A DNA stretch of 28,372 bases from a virus (taxonomy: Duplodnaviria; Caudoviricetes): the IMG/VR virus record IMGVR_UViG_3300042863_002358, positions 1-28,372 of that record. The stretch is one strand, 5' to 3'. Every line of letters starts with the position of its first letter. The stretch's first letter is position 1. The notes beneath the pieces are model-generated. The model was not told the origin of the DNA. It ran no database searches and saw only the letters and a program-made list of their open reading frames with translations. Positions 9,007 to 17,712 of this stretch are shown one piece after another. Position numbers and translations under genes: made by a program.

Positions 9007-9653
9007 TTAAGAAATAGCCCACTGTTGCTTGAAGGTGACCACGGGGTTTCTTCCATAACAAACATAAATCGCTCGATCATTTCTTTTTGCTTGTTACGTT
9101 GTAATTCGGATTGCTCCGGTGTAACCGACTCTGAAGCTTCTGGCGTAACATTGGCGTCATCGCCTTTGAATTCCGCTTCCAAGTCTTTTTTTATTTTTTC
9201 AAACTCTTCTTTTTCTTCGGCGGTCATTTCATACTCCACGTTGTTTCCGTCGGGCGATCCAGTATGCTGTATTTTATTTTTTGCTATGAGTGCTATCGTC
9301 AAAGCGTCGGCGTAACTATAATATATTTTTTTGTAGTAAGAATATGCCTCGATGATTCCTTTTAATTGCTTTGGGGTACATTTAAAATGTACACTGTTTT
9401 TTTTAACTTCTGCCTCAACTTTGTTGGATTGTAATATCATTGTTATGATATTGTTGAGAATCCGTTTTTCCTGTTCGTTGGCAAATTCAACAAAAACATC
9501 GGTTATTTCCGTGCTATAATCCTCCGGATCTATTCCGTGCTTTATACAATACGATTTTAACTTTGACTTAGCTGCGTCAGCTTCTGGACCAGTGGCTTTT
9601 TCGGCAAGTGCCTTTAGTTTTTTTGCAACATTGATTGCTGAAGTTTTGTTCAT
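9003..9653 (-). CDS. Hypothetical protein with a DUF2786-like N-terminal helical hairpin
   Basis: N-terminus KKLKALAEKATGPEADAAKSKLKSYCIKHGI matches the DUF2786 pattern (KLLALA...EA.AA.......K.GI); acidic C-terminal part. Confidence 0.6.
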   Translation of the reverse strand: MNKTSAINVAKKLKALAEKATGPEADAAKSKLKSYCIKHGIDPEDYSTEITDVFVEFANEQEKRILNNIITMILQSNKVEAEVKKNSVHFKCTPKQLKGIIEAYSYYKKIYYSYADALTIALIAKNKIQHTGSPDGNNVEYEMTAEEKEEFEKIKKDLEAEFKGDDANVTPEASESVTPEQSELQRNKQKEMIERFMFVMEETPWSPSSNSGLFLN

Positions 9654-10141
9654 GACGATAGAGACAATACGATAGCATCATACATATCCTCATTTCTTTT
9701 GTCCAGATTTTTTTTACTATTATATATCCACCATGGACTCATGTCATACATCTGTTCAATTCTGGCTTTGACATAGTCCTTTGGTTTGATTCCTTTAACG
9801 CGGGCGGCCCCCAACGCCGCCTTTCTTGCAGTCATTGCGTTTATAGACTCGACGTTCATTTTATAATACTTCTCCAGAATATAAGCAATAACTGCCTTGT
9901 TTTTTGTCAACTTTAACAAAATTTGCTGTGAAGTTCTTCCAAATGCAAACCCAGACAAACTTTCTTCAATGATTATTTTATCAAATTTTTGGTCTTTTAG
10001 TGCGGTAATAATCAACGCAACTTTATCATCATACGTGGCCGCGTCTGAGATATCGACGAATCCGGCAAACAATATAACTTTGTTTTCGGTTATGGCATAG
10101 CCACACACCGTTGTGCTTAAATCTAAGCCCAATATTTTCAT
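9650..10141 (-). CDS. ruvC: RuvC-like Holliday junction resolvase
   Basis: MKILGLDLSTT..GYAI (catalytic Asp), IIIEE (catalytic Glu), C-terminal EDMYDAIV. Confidence 0.88.
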   Translation of the reverse strand: MKILGLDLSTTVCGYAITENKVILFAGFVDISDAATYDDKVALIITALKDQKFDKIIIEESLSGFAFGRTSQQILLKLTKNKAVIAYILEKYYKMNVESINAMTARKAALGAARVKGIKPKDYVKARIEQMYDMSPWWIYNSKKNLDKRNEDMYDAIVLSLSS

Positions 10142-10157
10142 GTAACCTTTTTATATA

Positions 10158-10439
10158 TTAAATGGCAATGCGACCACCTGGGGCGTATGGATTGGTATTT
10201 ACCTTCAAAACGTCTGTGGAATATTGGTCGGCAGCAGCAGTAAATCCAGCTGGATTTTTTACTTTAAATTGGTTTGAGAATTCGTTTGCAACATCCACCA
10301 TGTTTGTTGCTGCCTTGGATGTACCCACGTCTTTGGCGTTTCCGCCTCCAACGTTGGCCAGATCGGCGGTTTGTTTATATCTTGATTCAAGATCGGTGGT
10401 CAATGATGTTCTTTGGATTGTTTCTTTTGGTGCTGGCAT
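10158..10439 (-). CDS. Small hypothetical late protein
   Basis: 93 aa; has its own late-promoter motif (10463-10471) and a clear Shine-Dalgarno AGGAGA. Confidence 0.75.
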   Translation of the reverse strand: MPAPKETIQRTSLTTDLESRYKQTADLANVGGGNAKDVGTSKAATNMVDVANEFSNQFKVKNPAGFTAAADQYSTDVLKVNTNPYAPGGRIAI

Positions 10440-10462
10440 ATATATGTTCTCCTATTGTTTAT

Positions 10463-10471
10463 TATAAATAT
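10463..10471 (-). promoter_or_regulatory. Putative late promoter ATATTTATA
   Basis: Ends 23 nt upstream of the ATG at 10439; an SD (AGGAGA) lies in between. Confidence 0.7.
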
Positions 10472-10475
10472 AGTG

Positions 10476-13400
10476 TTATGTATCAAAACGGACGATAATA
10501 TTGATCGGCCAATCAATTAAATTTTTTATAGGCTTGCCCAACTTGCCGATTGCTGCCAATTCCCCGTCTTCATCATATAACCCGATGGTTGTCATGTATG
10601 GAGCTAGATATGAGCCTGTACGGTCATAGGACGACGACAGTTGATAGTTAAAGAAGTTTGGGTCTACGTTAAACAGCTTCTTGCCGCAATAACGGTCCAA
10701 ATAACTTATTATATCGTTTACATGGCGTCTTGTCGAACTACCATCGATATAAGTCTCTAAAAGTGATGGAGTCAGTTTGTTGGTATAGTAGGCAACTAAT
10801 ATCGCACCATCCTTCAAGTCTATGTCGCCATTACCATCAATATCTAATATTCCAGTTTTCACCAAATTGTTTTCGATATAGTCGAAAATCTTCTTTGTGA
10901 AAATTGTATAAGATCCACTTGCAAAGAATTCTTGGTAGGCAGATTCTAATAGCAACACGTCCTCGGCTTCTGTCTGTAACAAGTCGTTACCCCACCAACT
11001 ATAATCGTTGAGTGTGTCTTGGTCCAGTGTCAGCCCGTTGTCAAAAAACACAGATTCGTCTTCAAATCTCTTTTTGTTGAGATACCTCATTATAAAATCA
11101 ACATCGTATAAATCAAACACGCCGTCTTGATTGACATCGAACAGCAGTGGGTCTGAAATTAACGCGGATGGATTTGTGCTGTAATTGAATTCGCCGGGCT
11201 TTATCGAAACCAAATACTCATGCTCGTATATTGTATGAGTTCCTTGATATTTCATATCAAATCCACGACTACCGGACATCGTGAGAATATCGTAAAAATT
11301 GGAAGATGTGTTTGTCGCCGTGACATATCCATTTTTATAGAATATGTTTCCTATGTATGGATCCTTGTTATATTCGGCGTAATCGTACAGGAATACCGAT
11401 CCGCTGCAATTGTATGGAAAGTATGAGGCGGATTGAACATATGGATCTATAATTGCGGATCTAGATGCAGCATTTGCTAAATTGTATGTTGGCGATCCCA
11501 CTGCCAAATAACCTGAACTTATAGCAACAGATTTTCCGTAGATGCCATATGGACTATCCTTTTCCTTATTGTGTCTTAAAACGATGTCGGAACACCAGTT
11601 CTTTTGTGAGGTATCGTAAGTATATAGACCAACTCTACCAAGTACATTATCTTCGGATCCCGACGATTGGTATGAATAACCGTCCAGTGTAAATTCCTCG
11701 GTTGAAGAGTTATAATTCACATTTCTCAACAAAGTGTCCGATTCATAGCCCACAGCCGCTTTTAAAGAATCAATGTCGATTGATCTTCCGAAATTATTCA
11801 CCGACTCAAAAGTTCTGTCGCCGAACGTCTTTTTGATCATAGCATACTCAAACGTGTCACATTCCGAAATATATCTATAGTTGTAAAAATAGACTGCGCC
11901 AAGTATTCTTTCCAATTCAGCAGGTGCCCCCGAATATGGAGTAAACCCTTTGTCAAAATAACTTCCAATTGCAAAATTGTCACCGTTCATAGCGACAGAC
12001 ATACCAAATCCATCGTATGGTAAACTTACTTCGGTGCCATATTCCGGTGAAATTCCAAGGTCTCCGTTCGATTCGTCTGCGTGATAAATTCTATATTCCC
12101 CCCACGATGCTGTTGGACATGCATCCACTGAGGCGGAATAATAAGAGCATGTGTATAATGTCGCAAATCCGTCACGTTCTTCACTGTAGCATCCGATTAG
12201 TACTCTATCATTATTTGCTTTTAAGCACCATCCAAAACGATCACCGTTTATGGCTACACTGGATGTCAAGCATGCCTCTTTAACCCAAGTGTAATTTCCA
12301 GAAATATAAGTTGGAACTGGATATGGCAGTATCAATGAGCTTGTCGGCATGTTTTCACAAGATCCACTCGCTTCGTATTTTTTCTTTCGATATATGTACA
12401 CAGCGCCGATACTACCACTAGTACCAGGTGCACCAACTGCCAATATATCTCGGTCTATGGAAACACTATTTCCAAAACGGTCTTCGTAAGTATCGCCGCC
12501 GAGGACATTTATTATTCCCCAATTATCTATACCACCCTTGTTTCTATCGTATACATGGACCAATCCGTTTTGACTTCCCGTCGGTGTTGCTCCAAACGGA
12601 GATCCAACTGCCAAAAATCCATTATCAATTGCAACGGAAGTACCATAGCCGTCTTCATTTGCAGGAGATAGGTATCCACCGGATATAACAAAATTTATCG
12701 TGTCTTGGTTTTGCCCGTACTCGTCAACGATTCCCTCATATGAAAATGGGGAATGAAATCTTCTCATTAGTCTGTGTGTATGGCGACTTTGGTCATACTT
12801 AAACAATGCGGCATATCCATGATAACTTGCCGATAAATTGAATGTGTCCATTGGTGAACCGACCACCAAATATCTGTCCCACAAATCGACGGATTCTCCG
12901 AAATGTTCATTGGCCGGTTCAAATATATCAATTGCACCGGAAACGTTGTACTTCCACGAACCGGTATCTTCTGTGTATACAACAGCCAATCCCATCGCCA
13001 TGTATTCCTTTGCGGTAGTTACACCCAGTATCTCAACTCTGCCGTCTGCGTGAGTATATGTAAATTGTCCACTTCCTGTGTCCCAGTATGATGGAGGCGG
13101 ATTAGTTTTTACCGCTTGTATCAAGTCGTTATGGTTGAAATATGATCCAGTTATATACAAATTTGTCAAACCATCGTCGAAGATGTTGTATGTCTGATGC
13201 AAATTGGAATTGTCTATTATTCGTACTGTATTTGGTTTGATCTTTTCACCCCAATAACTCTGGGCGATTCGCATACCAACAAATCTTCCTTGAAGGTTGC
13301 GTATTTCGCGCTTTCCGGTGAATGGATCTGCGCCGGGCACTTCCAACCCAAACAACTCTGCCGGATTATTTTTGTTTTTATAAAACATTGCGTCCGTGGT

Positions 13401-13622
13401 TCCGTACACTACGCGCTTGTATTTTCCAGATGGATTGACTGGATCGTCTATACTGAAAGACGCTTCGAATTTTATACCTTCATTTATTTCTACAAGGTTC
13501 TGGAAGTATGTAGGATATCCATGTTGATCAAGTGCTCCGGACACAACGCTTTGTATATTCCAATTTTTAAATGTTTGGAATGGTCTTACGGTTATGTCTC
13601 CTGCCGAAAACTGCTTGATCAT
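10476..13622 (-). CDS. Virion/baseplate protein with a tail-collar-like C-terminal motif, an inserted 7-blade FG-GAP beta-propeller and two dockerin/EF-hand-like Ca-binding motifs
   Basis: Seven FG.SV....L.VG.P...G.V..Y repeats; DVNQDGVFDLYD and DIDGNGDIDLKD motifs; C-terminal PYMTTIGLYDEDGELAAIGKLGKP is shared with the neighbouring paralog. Confidence 0.8.
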   Translation of the reverse strand: MIKQFSAGDITVRPFQTFKNWNIQSVVSGALDQHGYPTYFQNLVEINEGIKFEASFSIDDPVNPSGKYKRVVYGTTDAMFYKNKNNPAELFGLEVPGADPFTGKREIRNLQGRFVGMRIAQSYWGEKIKPNTVRIIDNSNLHQTYNIFDDGLTNLYITGSYFNHNDLIQAVKTNPPPSYWDTGSGQFTYTHADGRVEILGVTTAKEYMAMGLAVVYTEDTGSWKYNVSGAIDIFEPANEHFGESVDLWDRYLVVGSPMDTFNLSASYHGYAALFKYDQSRHTHRLMRRFHSPFSYEGIVDEYGQNQDTINFVISGGYLSPANEDGYGTSVAIDNGFLAVGSPFGATPTGSQNGLVHVYDRNKGGIDNWGIINVLGGDTYEDRFGNSVSIDRDILAVGAPGTSGSIGAVYIYRKKKYEASGSCENMPTSSLILPYPVPTYISGNYTWVKEACLTSSVAINGDRFGWCLKANNDRVLIGCYSEERDGFATLYTCSYYSASVDACPTASWGEYRIYHADESNGDLGISPEYGTEVSLPYDGFGMSVAMNGDNFAIGSYFDKGFTPYSGAPAELERILGAVYFYNYRYISECDTFEYAMIKKTFGDRTFESVNNFGRSIDIDSLKAAVGYESDTLLRNVNYNSSTEEFTLDGYSYQSSGSEDNVLGRVGLYTYDTSQKNWCSDIVLRHNKEKDSPYGIYGKSVAISSGYLAVGSPTYNLANAASRSAIIDPYVQSASYFPYNCSGSVFLYDYAEYNKDPYIGNIFYKNGYVTATNTSSNFYDILTMSGSRGFDMKYQGTHTIYEHEYLVSIKPGEFNYSTNPSALISDPLLFDVNQDGVFDLYDVDFIMRYLNKKRFEDESVFFDNGLTLDQDTLNDYSWWGNDLLQTEAEDVLLLESAYQEFFASGSYTIFTKKIFDYIENNLVKTGILDIDGNGDIDLKDGAILVAYYTNKLTPSLLETYIDGSSTRRHVNDIISYLDRYCGKKLFNVDPNFFNYQLSSSYDRTGSYLAPYMTTIGLYDEDGELAAIGKLGKPIKNLIDWPINIIVRFDT

Positions 13623-13627
13623 ATAAC

Positions 13628-13636
13628 CATAAATAT
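13628..13636 (-). promoter_or_regulatory. Putative late promoter ATATTTATG
   Basis: Ends 5 nt upstream of the ATG at 13622. Confidence 0.65.
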
Positions 13637-13655
13637 TCTGAAGGAGCAGTTATTT

Positions 13656-13674
13656 CACCTACAACCACCTACAA
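13656..13674. repeat. Direct repeat CACCTACAA x2 (10-bp period)
   Basis: Copies at 13656-13664 and 13666-13674 in the intergenic region. Confidence 0.65.
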
Positions 13675-13690
13675 TATTTAATTATTATAA

Positions 13691-14824
13691 TTAAAAGTCC
13701 AAACGTATGCGTATTAGGCATTCATTAGTGAAGTCTTTTAACACTGGCTGGCTCAATTTTGCTACGGCAACGAGGTCATTGCTCTCGTTGTACAAACCAA
13801 CAGTTGTGACGTACACCTTTGGGTCGGTTGAGAAATCGGCAAATCTCAATTTTCCAATATCCTGAGAACTTGCTGGATTGTCACTGTCAGTAATAACGAA
13901 CGTTGGATTGTTGGAATAATTGAAATCTTGATTCTTTACTCGTACAAAGAAATGACGAGCCGGAACATATTCCGTAACTCTAGCTTTCATTGGTCTTGTC
14001 AATGAAGCGGTTTGTAGAGACTTGAACAATAATTTGGTCAATTGCGCATAATCGGATCCCCATTGGCTCAAATAAGTCAAGTCGCCGTCCGATATTGGAC
14101 CTACGTTTAGACCGGAAACCGTTCCAATCAGAGATTGGATAGCTTTAGGATTCAATACCACTATACCCAAGTCTGGATACATGGATCCAATACCTTCATA
14201 GTTTCTGGTCAATAATGAACCGCTTGCAACGGTTCCTTGTACCAAATTATAGCGCTTACCGCCGGTTTCGGAGGTTGTGTTTGGGTTATCTCTGGAATCG
14301 TCTATGATAGAGATTGTGGTCGAAGAACCGACTAAGGACATTTCAAATTGACCCGGGTCAAGTCTGTCTTTGAATTTTGTGCTTCTAAAATTGATTACGT
14401 ATATGTCGTCCGAATCATACGCAGTTGTTGTAGAAGTGGATCCTGTATTTGTATATAAGAAAGAAAATTTAACATCTCCGGGTGTCAATAGCAAGTTACG
14501 ATACTGGTTGTAAACCGCCTTCGTTGGGAAAAGTAGACTTCCAACTGAGGTGTTAGAATCGAAAGTCGAAGATCCCGAACCGGCATAGTGGCCGTATGTC
14601 ATTGAAAAGTAAACATCCGAGTCTGAACCAGTTGGCGAACCATCGTACACGTTTGTATAGTACAATCCGTTCAGTGGCTCGTATGCAGACGATGAGAGTT
14701 GTGTCTGTCTGCTACTTGTGTAGAACACGGACCAATTGGTTTGTCCGTCGCTCCAAATACCAGTTGACACCGGCTGAGTTCTTCCAGCGACCAAATCTGT
14801 AGTTTCGAATGCCTTAAATATCAT
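13691..14824 (-). CDS. Virion/baseplate protein, paralog of 10476..13622 (tail-collar/DUF3751-like C-terminal motif)
   Basis: FNYSNNP and YVTTVGLYNESNDLVAVAKLSQP...IRLDF match FNYSTNP and YMTTIGLYDEDGELAAIGKLGKP...VRFDT in the downstream gene. Confidence 0.7.
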   Translation of the reverse strand: MIFKAFETTDLVAGRTQPVSTGIWSDGQTNWSVFYTSSRQTQLSSSAYEPLNGLYYTNVYDGSPTGSDSDVYFSMTYGHYAGSGSSTFDSNTSVGSLLFPTKAVYNQYRNLLLTPGDVKFSFLYTNTGSTSTTTAYDSDDIYVINFRSTKFKDRLDPGQFEMSLVGSSTTISIIDDSRDNPNTTSETGGKRYNLVQGTVASGSLLTRNYEGIGSMYPDLGIVVLNPKAIQSLIGTVSGLNVGPISDGDLTYLSQWGSDYAQLTKLLFKSLQTASLTRPMKARVTEYVPARHFFVRVKNQDFNYSNNPTFVITDSDNPASSQDIGKLRFADFSTDPKVYVTTVGLYNESNDLVAVAKLSQPVLKDFTNECLIRIRLDF

Positions 14825-14825
14825 A

Positions 14826-15452
14826 TTATTCTGCGTTTACGGTTACTGGGATTGTCACTGATCCACCACTCTCATTTCCAACAATTGTTAGATTGGTTGT
14901 GATGGTCTGAGTTAAAGCTGAATTTGGTACAAATCTGAATCTTAGTCCGATTGCAACTTGTGCGGTTGTCGAATTGACATCGCCGATGAAACTTGGGATG
15001 GTTGCTGTCACGTTCGTCGATAGTTGCTCGCCGATCACTGTACCGGCATTCTTGTTTGCTAGAATTGCGGTATATCCAAGCGTCGTGTTGTATGTTGGAT
15101 TTGTGGCTGGGACAATCACGGACTCACCGGTGTAATTTTTGCTTACACTGATAGAACTTTGACCTAAAGAAATAACTGGGATAGACGTTACACCCGATGG
15201 TAAGCTCACTAGCTTATATTTTAAAACTTGAGTTTCGTCGGTGAAAGCCTCGAATACTGGCGTATTGCGAATAGCCAAATCGTAGTATGCCGATCCTTGT
15301 GGATGATTTGGTTGGTACAGACGGTAGTCGATTTCGTCGTCGGCAAGTGCAAAGGATACGATATTTAATCCTCCCTTAGCAGCAAGAAGCTCTCTACCCT
15401 TCTTGGTAAGAACGGCATCTACTGTGACTATTTCATTATTGATGTATGCCAT
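14826..15452 (-). CDS. Virion/baseplate protein with a tail-collar-like N-terminal motif
   Basis: VLTKKGRELLA...IVSFALADDEIDY resembles the LT..GR..LA...I..A.GD start of DUF3751 tail-collar proteins; beta-rich C-terminus. Confidence 0.65.
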   Translation of the reverse strand: MAYINNEIVTVDAVLTKKGRELLAAKGGLNIVSFALADDEIDYRLYQPNHPQGSAYYDLAIRNTPVFEAFTDETQVLKYKLVSLPSGVTSIPVISLGQSSISVSKNYTGESVIVPATNPTYNTTLGYTAILANKNAGTVIGEQLSTNVTATIPSFIGDVNSTTAQVAIGLRFRFVPNSALTQTITTNLTIVGNESGGSVTIPVTVNAE

Positions 15453-15468
15453 ATTATGTTAGTTTGAT

Positions 15469-15477
15469 AATAAATAT
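15469..15477 (-). promoter_or_regulatory. Putative late promoter ATATTTATT
   Basis: Ends 16 nt upstream of the ATG at 15452. Confidence 0.65.
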
Positions 15478-15504
15478 ATAGAACTTTGTCTTTTTCTACT
15501 ATTT

Positions 15505-17712
15505 TTATGTAGCTTTTGTTTCAATTGGAAAAGTGTTATTTAAAAGACCTGTTTTTTCATCAACCGTCGTCTTTTTATTCTGGCTTCCACGCTTCCACTT
15601 TTGTGGGGCATTTTGCTGATCGTATGAATTTATCTCTTTTTGCGAGAATGTTCTCTTTTTATATTTATAGTGAGTTGGGAAATAACCAGATAGACGTTCG
15701 CTATTCACGGGAACGTTTTGCAAAGAAACTGCCTTTTTATAAGCAATACCGTTATTTGCTGTCCCGAAAAGTGCTCCACTCGTTTTGATTGCAAATTCGT
15801 CAATCAAAGACCCAGTTGGATTCTGGGATATAAACGTGATATTATAATATCCTCGTTGCGCTGGTGGTGGGGCCGAGGTGAAAATGATACTTCCGCTAAA
15901 ATAAAATTCGGTGGCGTCTTCGTTGGAATCAAAGAATCCGTTATAAACCACGGAACCTAGCGATTGCGGAACGAAACTTCCGGAAATATGTAGATAGTCA
16001 AGAATCGTGCCATCTTGTCCGCCACCCGTCGTCGATGGATTTTGGTCATACGGTATGCCGGTAATAGTTCCAAGTAAAAACCCATCCAAGAAATGTGCAG
16101 ACGTTTGAACACTCGACGTATATCCGTTTGCTCCTATGTCGAATGATATGCTACCGGAATAATACATAGTGCCGCCTCCCGATATCAAATACATTGGGAA
16201 TTCTGTTATCAATGGTAATGCGGCCAAACTGACTTCATCATAAGATCTGGATATAGTTTGGACGGTTCCTTCCAAGTTTACTTGTTTCTCGTACTCGCTT
16301 TTATCTGCTCCAGCCAGATTGTATTTTCTTTTTACTTGGTATGATTTCTTATTACGGATGACATCGGCTCGATAATACTCTCCTTTGTAGTAAGCTATTC
16401 CATTTTCAGAATACACTCCAAAGCCATAATCATCCGGAGCGTTGTTGAAGCGCACATGGTTTACATCATTCAATATAGATGTTCCAGCCGTTCCTATGTC
16501 CAAACTTTGTGTGTAGTATGTGTTCTTGCTTCCGGAAATACCATAACTCATATTATAAACAGACCCCGTTGGTATTTCTACATTCTCTTCGAAAATTGGT
16601 TTTAATTGCAATTTTGGTCTTTCTAATATAGAAGGCTCCAACATTAGACCCTCGACCAATTTTGAACGAGCTGGCACAACCGTCTTGATGTAATTGAACA
16701 TTGACTTGTCAAAATACGACTTGACCAGATTCATAAATGACTGGTAGTCGATTGCACCCAATCCTTGTTCGTAATATATTTCTCTAAATTTTTCGAATTT
16801 TTTATATGTGGCGTCGTAAACAGTGCGTGGATCACCAATCAAATCTCCTATCTCAAAACTACCAAAGAACTTTAAAATCTCTTCGTTCTGGATGTCTATA
16901 GGAGAGAAAAATACTCCAAGTTTATTTGAATTCTTACCACTCACAGACTCTAATGATATAGAAGATCTACTCTCGGACGAAAGTGGACTGCTCAAAAATT
17001 GGTCGATTTTATTTATCTTGTTACTTCTAAATCTAGATGCTCCGTATGATGGAACTTGAACGGTTTGACGCATATTCTTTTGCAAGAATTGGTACGGGAA
17101 GACCGATTGGTTGTATGGACATCCATAACCGTCATACATTACTTCCAGCACTGGTACAAAGTTGTTTGCGGTGAACGTCGGAAAGTCTTCCCTAAAAGAA
17201 AGATTATTGAGCGATAGCACGCCGCTACTGGTATATAAATCTATTGGACGTTCGAACGAAATATGTAACAGATTCTTTTCCACCATTTCTTGTGGAGTTG
17301 ATGAATCGTAAGCACCTCTATACATTGTGTGGTTGTCAAACCTGTCATCCGTCAATGCTATCTCCCAGAGCTTTATTTCGTCGATACTTCCCCAGAATGA
17401 TCCGGTTGATCCATACCAGTTATCACCAAATTGGACAGTTGTTCCATTTCTGAAAGTTGTGTTTAGACTGCCACTTATCAACGTACTTCCACTTGCCGAG
17501 TAAACTATGCGCGAATCTTCGGCGCGTTTTACCAACAAATCGTATTGGATGGAATATTGGTCTGTCACCGCGTTTGATGCCGTCGCGATATTAAACTTAT
17601 AATACGGATCATTCCGTCTCAACATTACACTGTACGTTTTTCCGTCAAAAATTGGTATTTTTGTTGTCGATACGCTCTTGGAGCTAACCCCGTCGTCAAT
17701 CGTGAAGAACAA
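15505..17712 (-). CDS. C-terminal part of a large baseplate wedge-like protein (LamG-like domain remainder plus conserved block); in frame with 17713..20166
   Basis: The TTG 'start' directly follows the upstream TGA in the same frame. Contains the LamG-type FWGSIDEIKLW motif and an LGVFFSP..IGDPR..VPAR..LEPSILER block. Confidence 0.7.
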   Translation of the reverse strand: MFFTIDDGVSSKSVSTTKIPIFDGKTYSVMLRRNDPYYKFNIATASNAVTDQYSIQYDLLVKRAEDSRIVYSASGSTLISGSLNTTFRNGTTVQFGDNWYGSTGSFWGSIDEIKLWEIALTDDRFDNHTMYRGAYDSSTPQEMVEKNLLHISFERPIDLYTSSGVLSLNNLSFREDFPTFTANNFVPVLEVMYDGYGCPYNQSVFPYQFLQKNMRQTVQVPSYGASRFRSNKINKIDQFLSSPLSSESRSSISLESVSGKNSNKLGVFFSPIDIQNEEILKFFGSFEIGDLIGDPRTVYDATYKKFEKFREIYYEQGLGAIDYQSFMNLVKSYFDKSMFNYIKTVVPARSKLVEGLMLEPSILERPKLQLKPIFEENVEIPTGSVYNMSYGISGSKNTYYTQSLDIGTAGTSILNDVNHVRFNNAPDDYGFGVYSENGIAYYKGEYYRADVIRNKKSYQVKRKYNLAGADKSEYEKQVNLEGTVQTISRSYDEVSLAALPLITEFPMYLISGGGTMYYSGSISFDIGANGYTSSVQTSAHFLDGFLLGTITGIPYDQNPSTTGGGQDGTILDYLHISGSFVPQSLGSVVYNGFFDSNEDATEFYFSGSIIFTSAPPPAQRGYYNITFISQNPTGSLIDEFAIKTSGALFGTANNGIAYKKAVSLQNVPVNSERLSGYFPTHYKYKKRTFSQKEINSYDQQNAPQKWKRGSQNKKTTVDEKTGLLNNTFPIETKAT

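Noticed and set aside
15661-15669. ATATTTATA on the plus strand as an antisense late promoter
   Set aside because: It lies inside a CDS and is explained by the codons for YKY in AT-rich sequence.
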